Below, one piece after another: positions 47,201 to 56,403 of a stretch of 64,000 nt of DNA. The stretch comes from an uncultured delta proteobacterium. GTDB lineage: Bacteria; Desulfobacterota; BSN033; UBA1163. The DNA lies in contig CAVPSJ010000008.1 in NCBI GenBank assembly GCA_963708295.1, forward strand, positions 256,001 to 320,000, in the 5' to 3' direction. Within the stretch, counting starts at the first letter, position 1. Every line of letters starts with the position of its first letter. The notes under the pieces are model-generated. The model saw nothing but the letters and a program-made list of their open reading frames with translations, was not told the origin of the DNA and did no database searches. The position numbers and the translations under genes were made by a program.

Positions 47201-47695
47201 ATGCCGAAAGAAACGATTCTCATCCTAGACAAGGATTTTCATACCCAATGGACTCTAAGAACGATATTGGAAAGCGAGAGATATATTGTCCTCGCTGTAG
47301 ATACAATTGAAAGGGCATTAACCAATTTTCAGGAGTTTGAAGTTTCAGGTCTGATCACCGAAGATCAAATCAATCATAACAACGTTGCTGAAATCATTCG
47401 AGAATTGAAAAAGGATTTTCCAGAACTCTATGTGATGATGCTCACGGCTGAAAATTTGGAGGAGAGAGAATATAAGAAAATGATGAATGCCGGCATCGAT
47501 GATTTGTTTCTCAAACCCATCTCCACCGAAAAAATCCTCATCCATCTCAAGAAGGGGTTAAGGCACCGTAAGGTTCTTCTTCAAAAGAAACGCCTGGAAC
47601 AAAGACTGAGTGAAATGAGGGCCAATAGAAACATCCAGGAGATCGCTTTAAGTAGAGAGAGTTTGGGCCAAAAGAAATCATTTACCATAAGATAG
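47201..47695 (+). CDS. Stand-alone atypical receiver domain with coiled-coil tail
   Basis: ILILDKD...GLITED...MMLTA...DDLFLKP. Confidence 0.82.
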   Translation: MPKETILILDKDFHTQWTLRTILESERYIVLAVDTIERALTNFQEFEVSGLITEDQINHNNVAEIIRELKKDFPELYVMMLTAENLEEREYKKMMNAGIDDLFLKPISTEKILIHLKKGLRHRKVLLQKKRLEQRLSEMRANRNIQEIALSRESLGQKKSFTIR

Positions 47696-47719
47696 AAAAT
47701 AAACTATAGGGGATGAAAA

Positions 47720-49447
47720 ATGGAAGCGAATACGATACCCAAGAGATCTGGAATATCCACGAACGTTCTTTACCCGGTCGATAACAAGACGAAGATTTTC
47801 ACGCTTTTTCGGAAGGTTCAGGGGGCCATGCACAATGTTCCTAATTTCGGCGACACCTGCAAAGGTATTTTGGATGCAGTCATGGAAGAAATGGACGCCG
47901 AAAACTGCTCTCTGATGTTGAAAGATCCGAATTCCGGCGATTTAACGATCTGTGCAGCCCGCGGAAGAAACGAAGAGAAAAGTGTCTTTTACCTAGATCG
48001 CTCGGGGAATGGAAGAAGATTCAAATCAGGAGAAGGGGTTGCAGGCTGGGTTCTGAAAGAGGGGCAAGCGGTGATGTTGAATGATGTCGTCCGGGAACCC
48101 CGTTTCGTCAGTGTGGCGGGAATAAATATAAATAATAGTAATAATAGTAATGATGACTTGAATAACGGTAATAATAAGGTCAATTCTCTGATCTGCTTCC
48201 CCATACGAGAGAAAGATCAGGTCGTCGGGGTCTTCAACCTCAGTCATTCTAAGAAAGGTGCCTTCAATGAAGGGGATAAATTGGCGTTAGCCTACATCTC
48301 CAACCAGGTTGGGGCCGCTCTGACCTCTGCCCGTTTCTTTTTGGAAATCAATGAAGTAAACCGGCTGATGAAGGATTCCAGAGAAGCTTTCTCTAAAGAA
48401 AAAGTTGTCCCTATGTTTCCCTCTTCCTTTTCTACTTTTGTCGAAGTCGGTGAAGTCACTCGGGAGGAAGGGATTTTCATTTACACCAGTGACAAGATGC
48501 AGCGGATCAAGGAAATCATTGACCAGATAGCCAATACGGATGTCACGGTGCTGATTCAAGGAGAAAGCGGCGTGGGTAAGGAAGTGGTGGCCCGCTCCAT
48601 TCATCTCAATTCTTTTCGCAGAGAGAGGCCCTTTGTCAAGGTTAACTGCGCAGCCCTTCCCCAAGAGCTTCTGGAGAGCGAGCTTTTCGGTTATGAGAAA
48701 GGTGCGTTTACGGGAGCCTACCGTCAGAAGCAAGGCAGATTTGAGCTTGCCAATGGGGGAACTATTTTCTTGGATGAGATTTCAGAAATGAGCCTGTCCC
48801 TCCAGGGAAAACTTCTCCAGGTCCTTCAGGACAGAGAGTTTTCGAGATTAGGAGGGAAGAAGGACATCCGGGTGGATGTGCGCGTGTTAGTTGCGACAAA
48901 TAAGAATATAGAAGAAGGCATCAAGAATGGTCAATTCCGAGAAGATCTTTATTATCGGCTGAATGTGGTCAATATCCTGATCCCTCCCTTGAGGGAAAGA
49001 AGGGGGGAGATCCCGATCTTTGTTGAGTACTTTTTGGACAAATTTGGCAAGAAATATGGGAGAAAGGTACCCCCCTTGTGCGAAAAGACAATGAAGGCTT
49101 TTTCCGAGCACCAGTGGGTGGGAAATGTACGGGAGTTGGAAAATGTCATCCAAAGGCTTGTCGTGCTAGGGAACGAGGAAATGATCACTGAGGAATTGAC
49201 TCCTGTGACCAAGGAAGAGCCTCTCCCCGAAAAAAAGAAGAATACAGCTCCGGCCAAAAAAATTTGGCCTTCTTTGAAAGAAGTTCACCAGGAGGCCATC
49301 AGGAAAGCCGAGTCTGAGATGATCCTGGAAGCGTTAGAGACGACGAATTGGAACCGCAAGAAGGCCGCCAGTAAATTAAATATCAGTTATAAGGCTCTTC
49401 TTTATAAGATTAAAGAAACGAGTCTCGATAAGCGATTTAATCCCTAA
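47720..49447 (+). CDS. GAF-domain sigma54 enhancer-binding protein
   Basis: GAF (GEGVAGWV, PIREKDQVVGVFN), GESGVGKE, GAFTGA, FLDEISE, WNRKKAA..LNISYKALLYKI HTH. Confidence 0.94.
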   Translation: MEANTIPKRSGISTNVLYPVDNKTKIFTLFRKVQGAMHNVPNFGDTCKGILDAVMEEMDAENCSLMLKDPNSGDLTICAARGRNEEKSVFYLDRSGNGRRFKSGEGVAGWVLKEGQAVMLNDVVREPRFVSVAGININNSNNSNDDLNNGNNKVNSLICFPIREKDQVVGVFNLSHSKKGAFNEGDKLALAYISNQVGAALTSARFFLEINEVNRLMKDSREAFSKEKVVPMFPSSFSTFVEVGEVTREEGIFIYTSDKMQRIKEIIDQIANTDVTVLIQGESGVGKEVVARSIHLNSFRRERPFVKVNCAALPQELLESELFGYEKGAFTGAYRQKQGRFELANGGTIFLDEISEMSLSLQGKLLQVLQDREFSRLGGKKDIRVDVRVLVATNKNIEEGIKNGQFREDLYYRLNVVNILIPPLRERRGEIPIFVEYFLDKFGKKYGRKVPPLCEKTMKAFSEHQWVGNVRELENVIQRLVVLGNEEMITEELTPVTKEEPLPEKKKNTAPAKKIWPSLKEVHQEAIRKAESEMILEALETTNWNRKKAASKLNISYKALLYKIKETSLDKRFNP

Positions 49448-49752
49448 GCTTCATAAGTAGATCTATCCTTACTTTTGAACTATGTGGAAAAAGAACGATC
49501 GACAAACCGGCGTGGTTAACAATCAAATATGAACGATTTCATTCTTGCTGGCATGACGTTGGAAAAAGAGAATCAATTTTCTACTCCCGACAGAAAAATG
49601 GATGAGGATGGAATTGATTTTCCACTTTTTCTATTTATTTTTCCATATTTTTCCCAATCTCTTGAAAGGAGAAAGCACTATTTGCCATCAGAGATAAAAG
49701 GAATCTGTTTACTTTCAAGAGATTAGTGGACAGGTAGGAAATAATCTCTTAT

Positions 49753-49768
49753 TGGCATATAGATTGCT
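49753..49768 (+). promoter_or_regulatory. Sigma54 promoter
   Basis: TGGCATATAGATTGCT; IHF-like TTTCAA-N4-TTA at 49713-49725. Confidence 0.78.
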
Positions 49769-49781
49769 CTTTTTGATACTT

Positions 49782-50810
49782 ATGAAGGACATTTTCCAAA
49801 TCTTTTTCGCTCATAATTCTAAGATGGGTAAAATCAAGGCGACGATAGACAAGGTGGCCAAAACGGATATCACGGTTTTAATTAAGGGTGAGAGTGGAAC
49901 GGGAAAAGAACTGTTGGCTCAGGCCATTCATTTAAATTCTCACCGGAAAGACAAACCTTTCATTAAAGTGAATTGCGCGACGATTCCCAAAGGTCTACTC
50001 GAGAGTGAACTCTTTGGCTTTGAAAAAGGGGCCTTCACAGGAGCCCATTTGGAAAAGCCGGGGAAATTCGAGCTGGCTAACGGGGGCACGATCTTGCTGA
50101 ACGATATCGGTGAGATAGACATTTCCATCCAGGCAAAACTCTTGCAAGTCCTCCAGGATGGTATGTTTTCGCGATTGGGAGGCAATGGAGATGTTGGGGT
50201 AGATACCCGTGTGATTGCTACGACCAGAGACCATTTAGAACAAACGGTGATGGAAGGGCGCTTCCGTGAAGACCTATTTTTCAGGGTCAACGTGATTAAT
50301 ATCACCGTTCCGCCTTTACGAGATCGGAAAGAGCAAATTTCCCCCTTCTCACAGTATTATTTGAATTTTTACAAGAAGAAATACGGGAGAGAAATACCCG
50401 CCTTTTCGCCGCCCATGATCGATGCCTTTAAGGAATATGCATGGCCTGGAAACATCCGGGAATTAGAAAACATGGTTAAACGGATTGTCCTGTTCGGTGA
50501 GGAGGGTACGGTCCTGCCTACCCTTTCCGGCCAGGGATTGGGGAATGGAAAGAATCCTAATTCTCCCGGTGAATTATTACCCCGCTCCTTATCCGAAAAT
50601 AAGTCCCTCGACTTGAAAGAGGTCGGAAAAAAGGCGGCTGAAGTTGCGGAGAAAGAGATTATCCAAAGTACCTTACAAGAGACCCATTGGAACCGGAAAC
50701 AGGCGGCCAAATTGCTTCGTGTGAGCTATAAGGCACTTTTGTATAAGATTCAGAAATACCATTTGGATGACATCAAAGGATATCGAAAGGCCGAGGAGGA
50801 GACGGCGTGA
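49782..50810 (+). CDS. Sensor-less sigma54 AAA+/HTH protein with altered Walker B
   Basis: GESGTGKE, GAFTGA, Walker B ILLNDIGE, WPGNIRELEN, HTH; start ATG 49782 or 49823. Confidence 0.9.
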   Translation: MKDIFQIFFAHNSKMGKIKATIDKVAKTDITVLIKGESGTGKELLAQAIHLNSHRKDKPFIKVNCATIPKGLLESELFGFEKGAFTGAHLEKPGKFELANGGTILLNDIGEIDISIQAKLLQVLQDGMFSRLGGNGDVGVDTRVIATTRDHLEQTVMEGRFREDLFFRVNVINITVPPLRDRKEQISPFSQYYLNFYKKKYGREIPAFSPPMIDAFKEYAWPGNIRELENMVKRIVLFGEEGTVLPTLSGQGLGNGKNPNSPGELLPRSLSENKSLDLKEVGKKAAEVAEKEIIQSTLQETHWNRKQAAKLLRVSYKALLYKIQKYHLDDIKGYRKAEEETA

Positions 50811-50867
50811 AGGCCTTTACTTGTTTTCGTCCCAACAACAAACGGATCAGGGCATGGAGGAGCGAGG

Positions 50868-51323
50868 ATGGGATATGGGGAGGGAAAATTCCCGGACGGG
50901 CCGGAGGAACCCTTCGGCAGAATCCTGAATCGAAATCTGTTTCATTTTGTCTTGGACACCGAAGTGAAGCGTTCACGGCGTTATCAGAATTTTCTCTGCC
51001 TGATGCTCTTCAAAATTAAGCAATCTCCCCAGGAGGGTAATCGGGGAGGTTTGCAGGCTTGCTATCGGAGATTGGGTGATCTACTGATGGAGGAGACACG
51101 GGAAAGTGATATCATCGGTTCTTTAGAAGGAGACAGGCTCGTCGTCCTCCTGCCTTATGCGGATATGAAAGCAGGAGCTCATGTGAAATCTCGCTTTGAA
51201 GACGTTCTGAAATATTACGACTTTAAAAGCAAGGGCATTGAGATCATGATTGACCAAGTCTGTTTTCCTGCCAATGGATCGGACACGGTGGATCTTATCG
51301 AACGGGCGTTACGGATCGGATAG
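50868..51323 (+). CDS. Stand-alone degenerate GGDEF domain protein
   Basis: EVKRSRRYQNFLCLM...TRESDIIGSLEGDRLVVLLPYAD...CFPANG; RBS-like GAGCGAGG. Confidence 0.8.
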   Translation: MGYGEGKFPDGPEEPFGRILNRNLFHFVLDTEVKRSRRYQNFLCLMLFKIKQSPQEGNRGGLQACYRRLGDLLMEETRESDIIGSLEGDRLVVLLPYADMKAGAHVKSRFEDVLKYYDFKSKGIEIMIDQVCFPANGSDTVDLIERALRIG

Positions 51324-51414
51324 TCTTTATCCGGACGAGAGGTAGAGAAGAAGGCGGATCCGCCACGGAAGATGCAACTCCTGTATAAATAATCATGAAT
51401 GAAGGAGAGGGGAC

Positions 51415-52029
51415 ATGAAAAGATTACTAAGTATCGGATGTGTAGGGACATTGATATTATTGGTGGCGGCCAACATGGCCTACCCTCAGGCGGACAAAGA
51501 GATTCTTTCAAGAAAAGAAGCCCAAGTAGAAGCCGCTGTGGATGGCGACCAGTACGTGATCGGTCCCGAGGATGTTCTTTATATCCATGTTTGGAAAGAA
51601 GAGTCCTTGACGAGAACCGTTCCGGTCAGGATGGACGGAAAGATCTCTCTTCCACTTATCCAAGAGATCAAGGCCGCCGGACTCACGCCTCTCCAGTTAA
51701 AGGAAGTTCTGATGAGAAAGTTTAAGGAATTCATTGAGAACCCGATCGTTTCTGTGACCGTTGTGGAGGTAAACAGCTACAAGGTGTATATCATCGGTCA
51801 AGTCAGGAGCCCAGGTGTCCAGCGTCTTCGAAGCGAAACCACTGTGACCCAGGTTATTATCTTAGCGGGCGGGTTCACAGAGTGGGCAAACCAAAAAAAG
51901 ATCTTGGTTGTCCGGAAAGAAGACGGAAGGGAGAAGCGAATTAAGGTTAACTATAAAAGAATTATGGACGGTAAAGACCTCGATACAAACATTATTCTGA
52001 AAGCAGGCGATACCGTTGTTGTTCCGTAA
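51415..52029 (+). CDS. wza: Polysaccharide export protein (short OPX/Wza: Poly_export + SLBB)
   Basis: YVIGPEDVL.I.VW, VRMDGKISLPLI, AGGFTEWA, LKAGDTVVVP. Confidence 0.9.
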   Translation: MKRLLSIGCVGTLILLVAANMAYPQADKEILSRKEAQVEAAVDGDQYVIGPEDVLYIHVWKEESLTRTVPVRMDGKISLPLIQEIKAAGLTPLQLKEVLMRKFKEFIENPIVSVTVVEVNSYKVYIIGQVRSPGVQRLRSETTVTQVIILAGGFTEWANQKKILVVRKEDGREKRIKVNYKRIMDGKDLDTNIILKAGDTVVVP

Positions 52030-52076
52030 ACAATGGAACACGATTCTGGGCGAGGCACCAGAGGGGACACCGTGGG

Positions 52077-53492
52077 ATGAAAGGGGATGCTATGAAACGT
52101 GAGAGAATCATCAAAGCAATAAGAACAGCCTGGGTGACCTGGGTGATACTTACGCTATGTTTTATCGGGATTCCTTCCTTGGTCGATGCGGATATCAGTG
52201 ATATTCTATTAAAATTTTACCCCTATATCACGGCCCAAGAAGAATACAGCAACAATATTTTGCTAAGCTCCAATGCAACCAAATTAGCCGATTATATCAC
52301 CACTGTCAACCCGGGATTGAGATTCTTCGATTTAAAGCCGGGCAGGTATGGGATTGATCTGGATGTTTCCGGGGGATATATCTATTACGCAAAACATCAC
52401 GATCTCAGTTATTGGAATGCCGCAGGGAGGCTTAACTCGTGGTTTGCAGTGACCCCAGACCTGAGTTTTACGCTGAGGGATTATTTCATTCGATCGGATC
52501 AAGCCAGAGAGAATGTGTACCAGAGTGATACTCAGTACAATGCCCAAGGACAGTTCATTGGCGATACACAACCTAATCAGTTTCTTGTTTCCACGGTGAG
52601 GGGAGTCCAGGCGATCTATTTCCGAAACGTTGTGGAGCCATCCATCGCATATCGCTTTGGAGGAGAAAACCGCCTTTCCCTCCTTTATCGAAACAACATC
52701 TATAGGAATGAAAATCCTCTATTCGAGGACAGTATGGAGAATACTCTTAACCCCAACCTTGACTACTGGTTCGATGTTAAAAACGGCGTATCTTTAGATT
52801 ATCGTCTCTCTTTAAACACGTATCAGGTTTCTTCGGATCAGTTAGTGAACACGGTGACTCCCCGTTATACGCACCGTTTCAATCCCAGGACCTCGATCTT
52901 TGGAGAATACCGCTTTGAATATCTGGATTCTGAATCCCCTGGTGTCGACTACTATGTTCACAATCCGAGCCTCGGTCTCCAATATAATTTTAGTCCGACG
53001 CTGATTGGTACAGCCCAAGGGGGCTATTTCTGGCAAATTCCTAAGGAAGGGTCGAAGACACAAGGTCCCTTCGTCAATTTAAGTCTTACCCAGAGAACAC
53101 CGAAGACCCAATATACACTCTCCCTTCAAGGAGGTTATACGGAGGACTATATTACGGCCCAGAATTTGGGGTTTACAAAAACCTACTCGGGGTACGGGAC
53201 GATCCAACATTGGTTAACTCAGAGATTAAGCGTTGGGCTTACGGGGTCGATGTACAGATATTTATACTCTAATAACAACCAGAAAGACTGGGTCTGGGAT
53301 GTCCGGGGCGGTCCTTCCTATTTGCTCTTTCGATGGCTGGAGACTTCATTGGTGGCTTCTTACAGAGGGGATAATTCGAACATTTCAGGCACTGATTACA
53401 CCGAATTTCGCGGGATGTTTACAATAACAATTTCCCGGCCGGGTTATCGGCCGGGTATGATGGGCGGGCCGGGTTATAACCTGTCGTTATGA
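52077..53492 (+). CDS. EPS-associated outer-membrane beta-barrel protein
   Basis: Signal peptide; alternating aromatic-rich beta strands; EEYSNNI motif; located between the OPX and chain-length genes. Confidence 0.78.
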   Translation: MKGDAMKRERIIKAIRTAWVTWVILTLCFIGIPSLVDADISDILLKFYPYITAQEEYSNNILLSSNATKLADYITTVNPGLRFFDLKPGRYGIDLDVSGGYIYYAKHHDLSYWNAAGRLNSWFAVTPDLSFTLRDYFIRSDQARENVYQSDTQYNAQGQFIGDTQPNQFLVSTVRGVQAIYFRNVVEPSIAYRFGGENRLSLLYRNNIYRNENPLFEDSMENTLNPNLDYWFDVKNGVSLDYRLSLNTYQVSSDQLVNTVTPRYTHRFNPRTSIFGEYRFEYLDSESPGVDYYVHNPSLGLQYNFSPTLIGTAQGGYFWQIPKEGSKTQGPFVNLSLTQRTPKTQYTLSLQGGYTEDYITAQNLGFTKTYSGYGTIQHWLTQRLSVGLTGSMYRYLYSNNNQKDWVWDVRGGPSYLLFRWLETSLVASYRGDNSNISGTDYTEFRGMFTITISRPGYRPGMMGGPGYNLSL

Positions 53493-53587
53493 CCTGTAAT
53501 GAATTGAGGAAAAGAAATGCGATGCGGCGTGACTTCCTTGCAATGGCTCTTTAATTCTTAAATATTTTGAGAGGAGTAGAGGCCAAG

Positions 53588-55129
53588 ATGATCAACACCG
53601 AAAAAATTTTTAATCTTAAGAATTATTTCAAAATAGGCCTAAGGAGAAAATGGTATATCATCATTCCATTTGCTCTATCGGTGATCTTTTCTTTTGGTAT
53701 TTATAAAAATATGCCCAAGGAATATAGAGCAAGCACCCTCATCCTCGTCCAAGCTCAAAAGGTCCCAGAAAATTATGTTCGTCCTACCTTAACTGAATCT
53801 GTGGCTGAGCGGTTAAACAATATTAGCCAAGAAATTCTTAGCCGTGGCAGGTTGGAAAGGGTGATTAAAGAATTTAATCTCTATCCGGACAGGTTAAACA
53901 AATTACACATGGAAGAAATTGTAGACATGATGAAGGCAAAGATCGAGGTTAGGGTCCAGCGCCAAAATGCATTTTCAATCTCCTTTGAGGGAACAGAACC
54001 CGGAACTGTGATGCAGGTGACAAATAAATTGGCTTCGATGTTTATCGAAGAAAATCTAAGATCTAGGGAGGCACGCGTAGGAGGAACAGCCGAGTTTATT
54101 GGCAAAGAACTACAGACAATGGAGTCAAATCTGAAAAAGAGAGAGAACGCGGTCCGACAGTATAAAGAAAGAAATATGGGACAATTGCCAGGTCAACTTG
54201 AAGCAAATCTAAGAATCATTGACCGATTACAGCAACAATTCAAGACAACAAGCGAAAATCTCAACGCTGCAGAACAGAGAATTGTACTCCTCCAGGGTCA
54301 GATTGAAAAGTTAATGGACCGGCAGTCCGAAAGAGGGTCTTCCACGACGAGAAGCCTTACGCAAGATGAAAATATTCATTTAGAGCGGGGACCTGAAGAA
54401 TCATTAGCGGCACAATTAAGCGCTCTCAAGCGGGATCTCGCGAATGTTGAATCCAAATATACAGGGACTCACCCCGATGTGGTTGACCTGAAAAGAAAAA
54501 GAGCAGCTCTGGAACTCAGAGTGAAGAAACAGGCAGAAGAGCGAGAAAGACGTCTAAGAGAACTTAAAAAGCGCCACGACGAAATGATTGCTGAGGGTAA
54601 CTCACAGGCGCCTTCCCCTTTGTTAGATCCTGGTGTGGAAAGGCTGATCACCCAGTATGAAGCACAGTTTATAGACACCCAATCAGAAGCAAAGCGACTG
54701 AAAGAGGAAAGCGAAAGCTTAAAGGAACAAATTGTACTCTATCAAAGAAGAATTGAAGAAACGCCTAAGAGAGAACAAGAAATGGTTCAGCTCAATCGAG
54801 ATTACGACATTCTAAAACTTTATTATCAATCCCTTGTGGATAAGAAATTTCAGTCTCAAATGGCTGAAAATCTTGAGCGGAAGCAGCAGGGGGAGCAATT
54901 CCGGATTTTGGATCCAGCTCGTCTTCCTGAAAAACCGTTTAAGCCGAACCGCAACAACCTTTTGATCATGGGAGGTGTGCTTGGACTTGCGATCGGGTTG
55001 GGTCTAACCTGGTTGCGGGAATCCATGGACCGATCCTTTTACGAAGCGTCAGACGTGGAGACTTATTTAAAACTGCCGGTCGTGGCCACGATACTCAATC
55101 TAAACGAAGACGAGGAGAAAGCAGCCTAG
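53588..55129 (+). CDS. Polysaccharide co-polymerase / chain-length determinant (Wzc membrane part)
   Basis: RRKWYII TM, long coiled coil, YTGTHPDV, GEQFRILDPARLPEKP.KP, second TM. Confidence 0.92.
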   Translation: MINTEKIFNLKNYFKIGLRRKWYIIIPFALSVIFSFGIYKNMPKEYRASTLILVQAQKVPENYVRPTLTESVAERLNNISQEILSRGRLERVIKEFNLYPDRLNKLHMEEIVDMMKAKIEVRVQRQNAFSISFEGTEPGTVMQVTNKLASMFIEENLRSREARVGGTAEFIGKELQTMESNLKKRENAVRQYKERNMGQLPGQLEANLRIIDRLQQQFKTTSENLNAAEQRIVLLQGQIEKLMDRQSERGSSTTRSLTQDENIHLERGPEESLAAQLSALKRDLANVESKYTGTHPDVVDLKRKRAALELRVKKQAEERERRLRELKKRHDEMIAEGNSQAPSPLLDPGVERLITQYEAQFIDTQSEAKRLKEESESLKEQIVLYQRRIEETPKREQEMVQLNRDYDILKLYYQSLVDKKFQSQMAENLERKQQGEQFRILDPARLPEKPFKPNRNNLLIMGGVLGLAIGLGLTWLRESMDRSFYEASDVETYLKLPVVATILNLNEDEEKAA

Positions 55130-55280
55130 AAAAGGGAAAGGGGTCTAGGCGTCAAGGATTCTAGAAGTCAAGTGAAAGATTTAAAAATTTATATCATCGA
55201 AAGTTTAGTAGGCTATGCACAAAGATGCAACGACCTTTAGAAACCCTTGAACTCTTGAACCCTATATTTTGGAATTCACT

Positions 55281-56234
55281 ATGTACGAATCTTTTTACGG
55301 CTTAAAAGAAAATCCCTTTAATGTGACTCCTAACCCCGAATATATCTATCTGGGGGAAAATCATCGGGAAGCCCTGGCGCAATTACTTTACGGGGTGAAG
55401 GAGAGAAAAGGATTTATCGTAATTACCGGGGAAGTGGGCACGGGGAAGACAACCCTGATCCACTATCTTCTCGATAAAATGAATGGGGATCACACCAAGA
55501 CAGCCCTGCTGTTTAACCCAAAGCTGACTGTTGACGATTTTATTCAATACATATTGAAAGATCTTGGGGTAAGGGTTCAGGGGAAAACGAAGGGCGAATA
55601 TCTTCATAGTCTGCATCGATATTTACTCCACGCATACCAGAGGGATGAAAGAGTGATTTTGATAGTCGATGAAGCCCAGGGTTTGAAACCGGAGCTGCTC
55701 GAAGAGATTAGGCTTCTCTCAAACCTCGAGACATCAAGATCGAAGTTGCTCCAAATCGTCTTGCTCGGGCAACCGGAATTAGATAAAACCCTTTCCCAAC
55801 CGGGGTTTCGTCAGTTAAGGCAGCGCATTAATTTACGATACCATTTGCCACCTCTTTCCGAAAAAGAGACCAAGGAGTATATCGGGAAGAGGTTGAGAAT
55901 TGCAGGCGCCAAGGAGCCCATTTTTACGGAGAAGGCGATTAAGCAAATTTACTCAAAATCGGGAGGGATCCCCCGATTAATAAACATTCTGTGTGACAAT
56001 GCATTATTAAATGGATATGCCCTAGACCAAAAAATGGTTGGTGAAAGGTCAGTCAAGGAGGTGGCTAAAGATTTGTATCTGAAGAAGAAGTCTCTCCGAA
56101 TTTGGATTTTGGTCCTGATCTCTATTTCTATTGCGCTAGGTATTCTATTTTTCATTTATTTTCAGAAAAGTGGTCATCTGTTGCCCCTGATGAGGATATT
56201 CTCAGAGGCTTTCAATACATTAAAGAAAGGTTAA
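55281..56234 (+). CDS. ExeA/GspA-like AAA ATPase (type found in exosortase/EPS loci)
   Basis: MYESFYGLKENPF, TGEVGTGKTT, IVDEAQ, LLGQPEL, SGGIPRLIN; C-terminal TM. Confidence 0.92.
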   Translation: MYESFYGLKENPFNVTPNPEYIYLGENHREALAQLLYGVKERKGFIVITGEVGTGKTTLIHYLLDKMNGDHTKTALLFNPKLTVDDFIQYILKDLGVRVQGKTKGEYLHSLHRYLLHAYQRDERVILIVDEAQGLKPELLEEIRLLSNLETSRSKLLQIVLLGQPELDKTLSQPGFRQLRQRINLRYHLPPLSEKETKEYIGKRLRIAGAKEPIFTEKAIKQIYSKSGGIPRLINILCDNALLNGYALDQKMVGERSVKEVAKDLYLKKKSLRIWILVLISISIALGILFFIYFQKSGHLLPLMRIFSEAFNTLKKG

Positions 56235-56403
56235 ATAAAGAAGGATCAGCATTTTCTCAATTTCTTTGGGTTAGAACTTTATGTGTTACACATGGTTAAG
56301 GATGACAGGCGTGAGGATGCTGAACTGGAACACGGCGAAAGAGGCGAACTTTTCTACACCTTGCGTCTAACGCGTTCAGGAATATAAATGAAAGGATGAA
56401 CAT

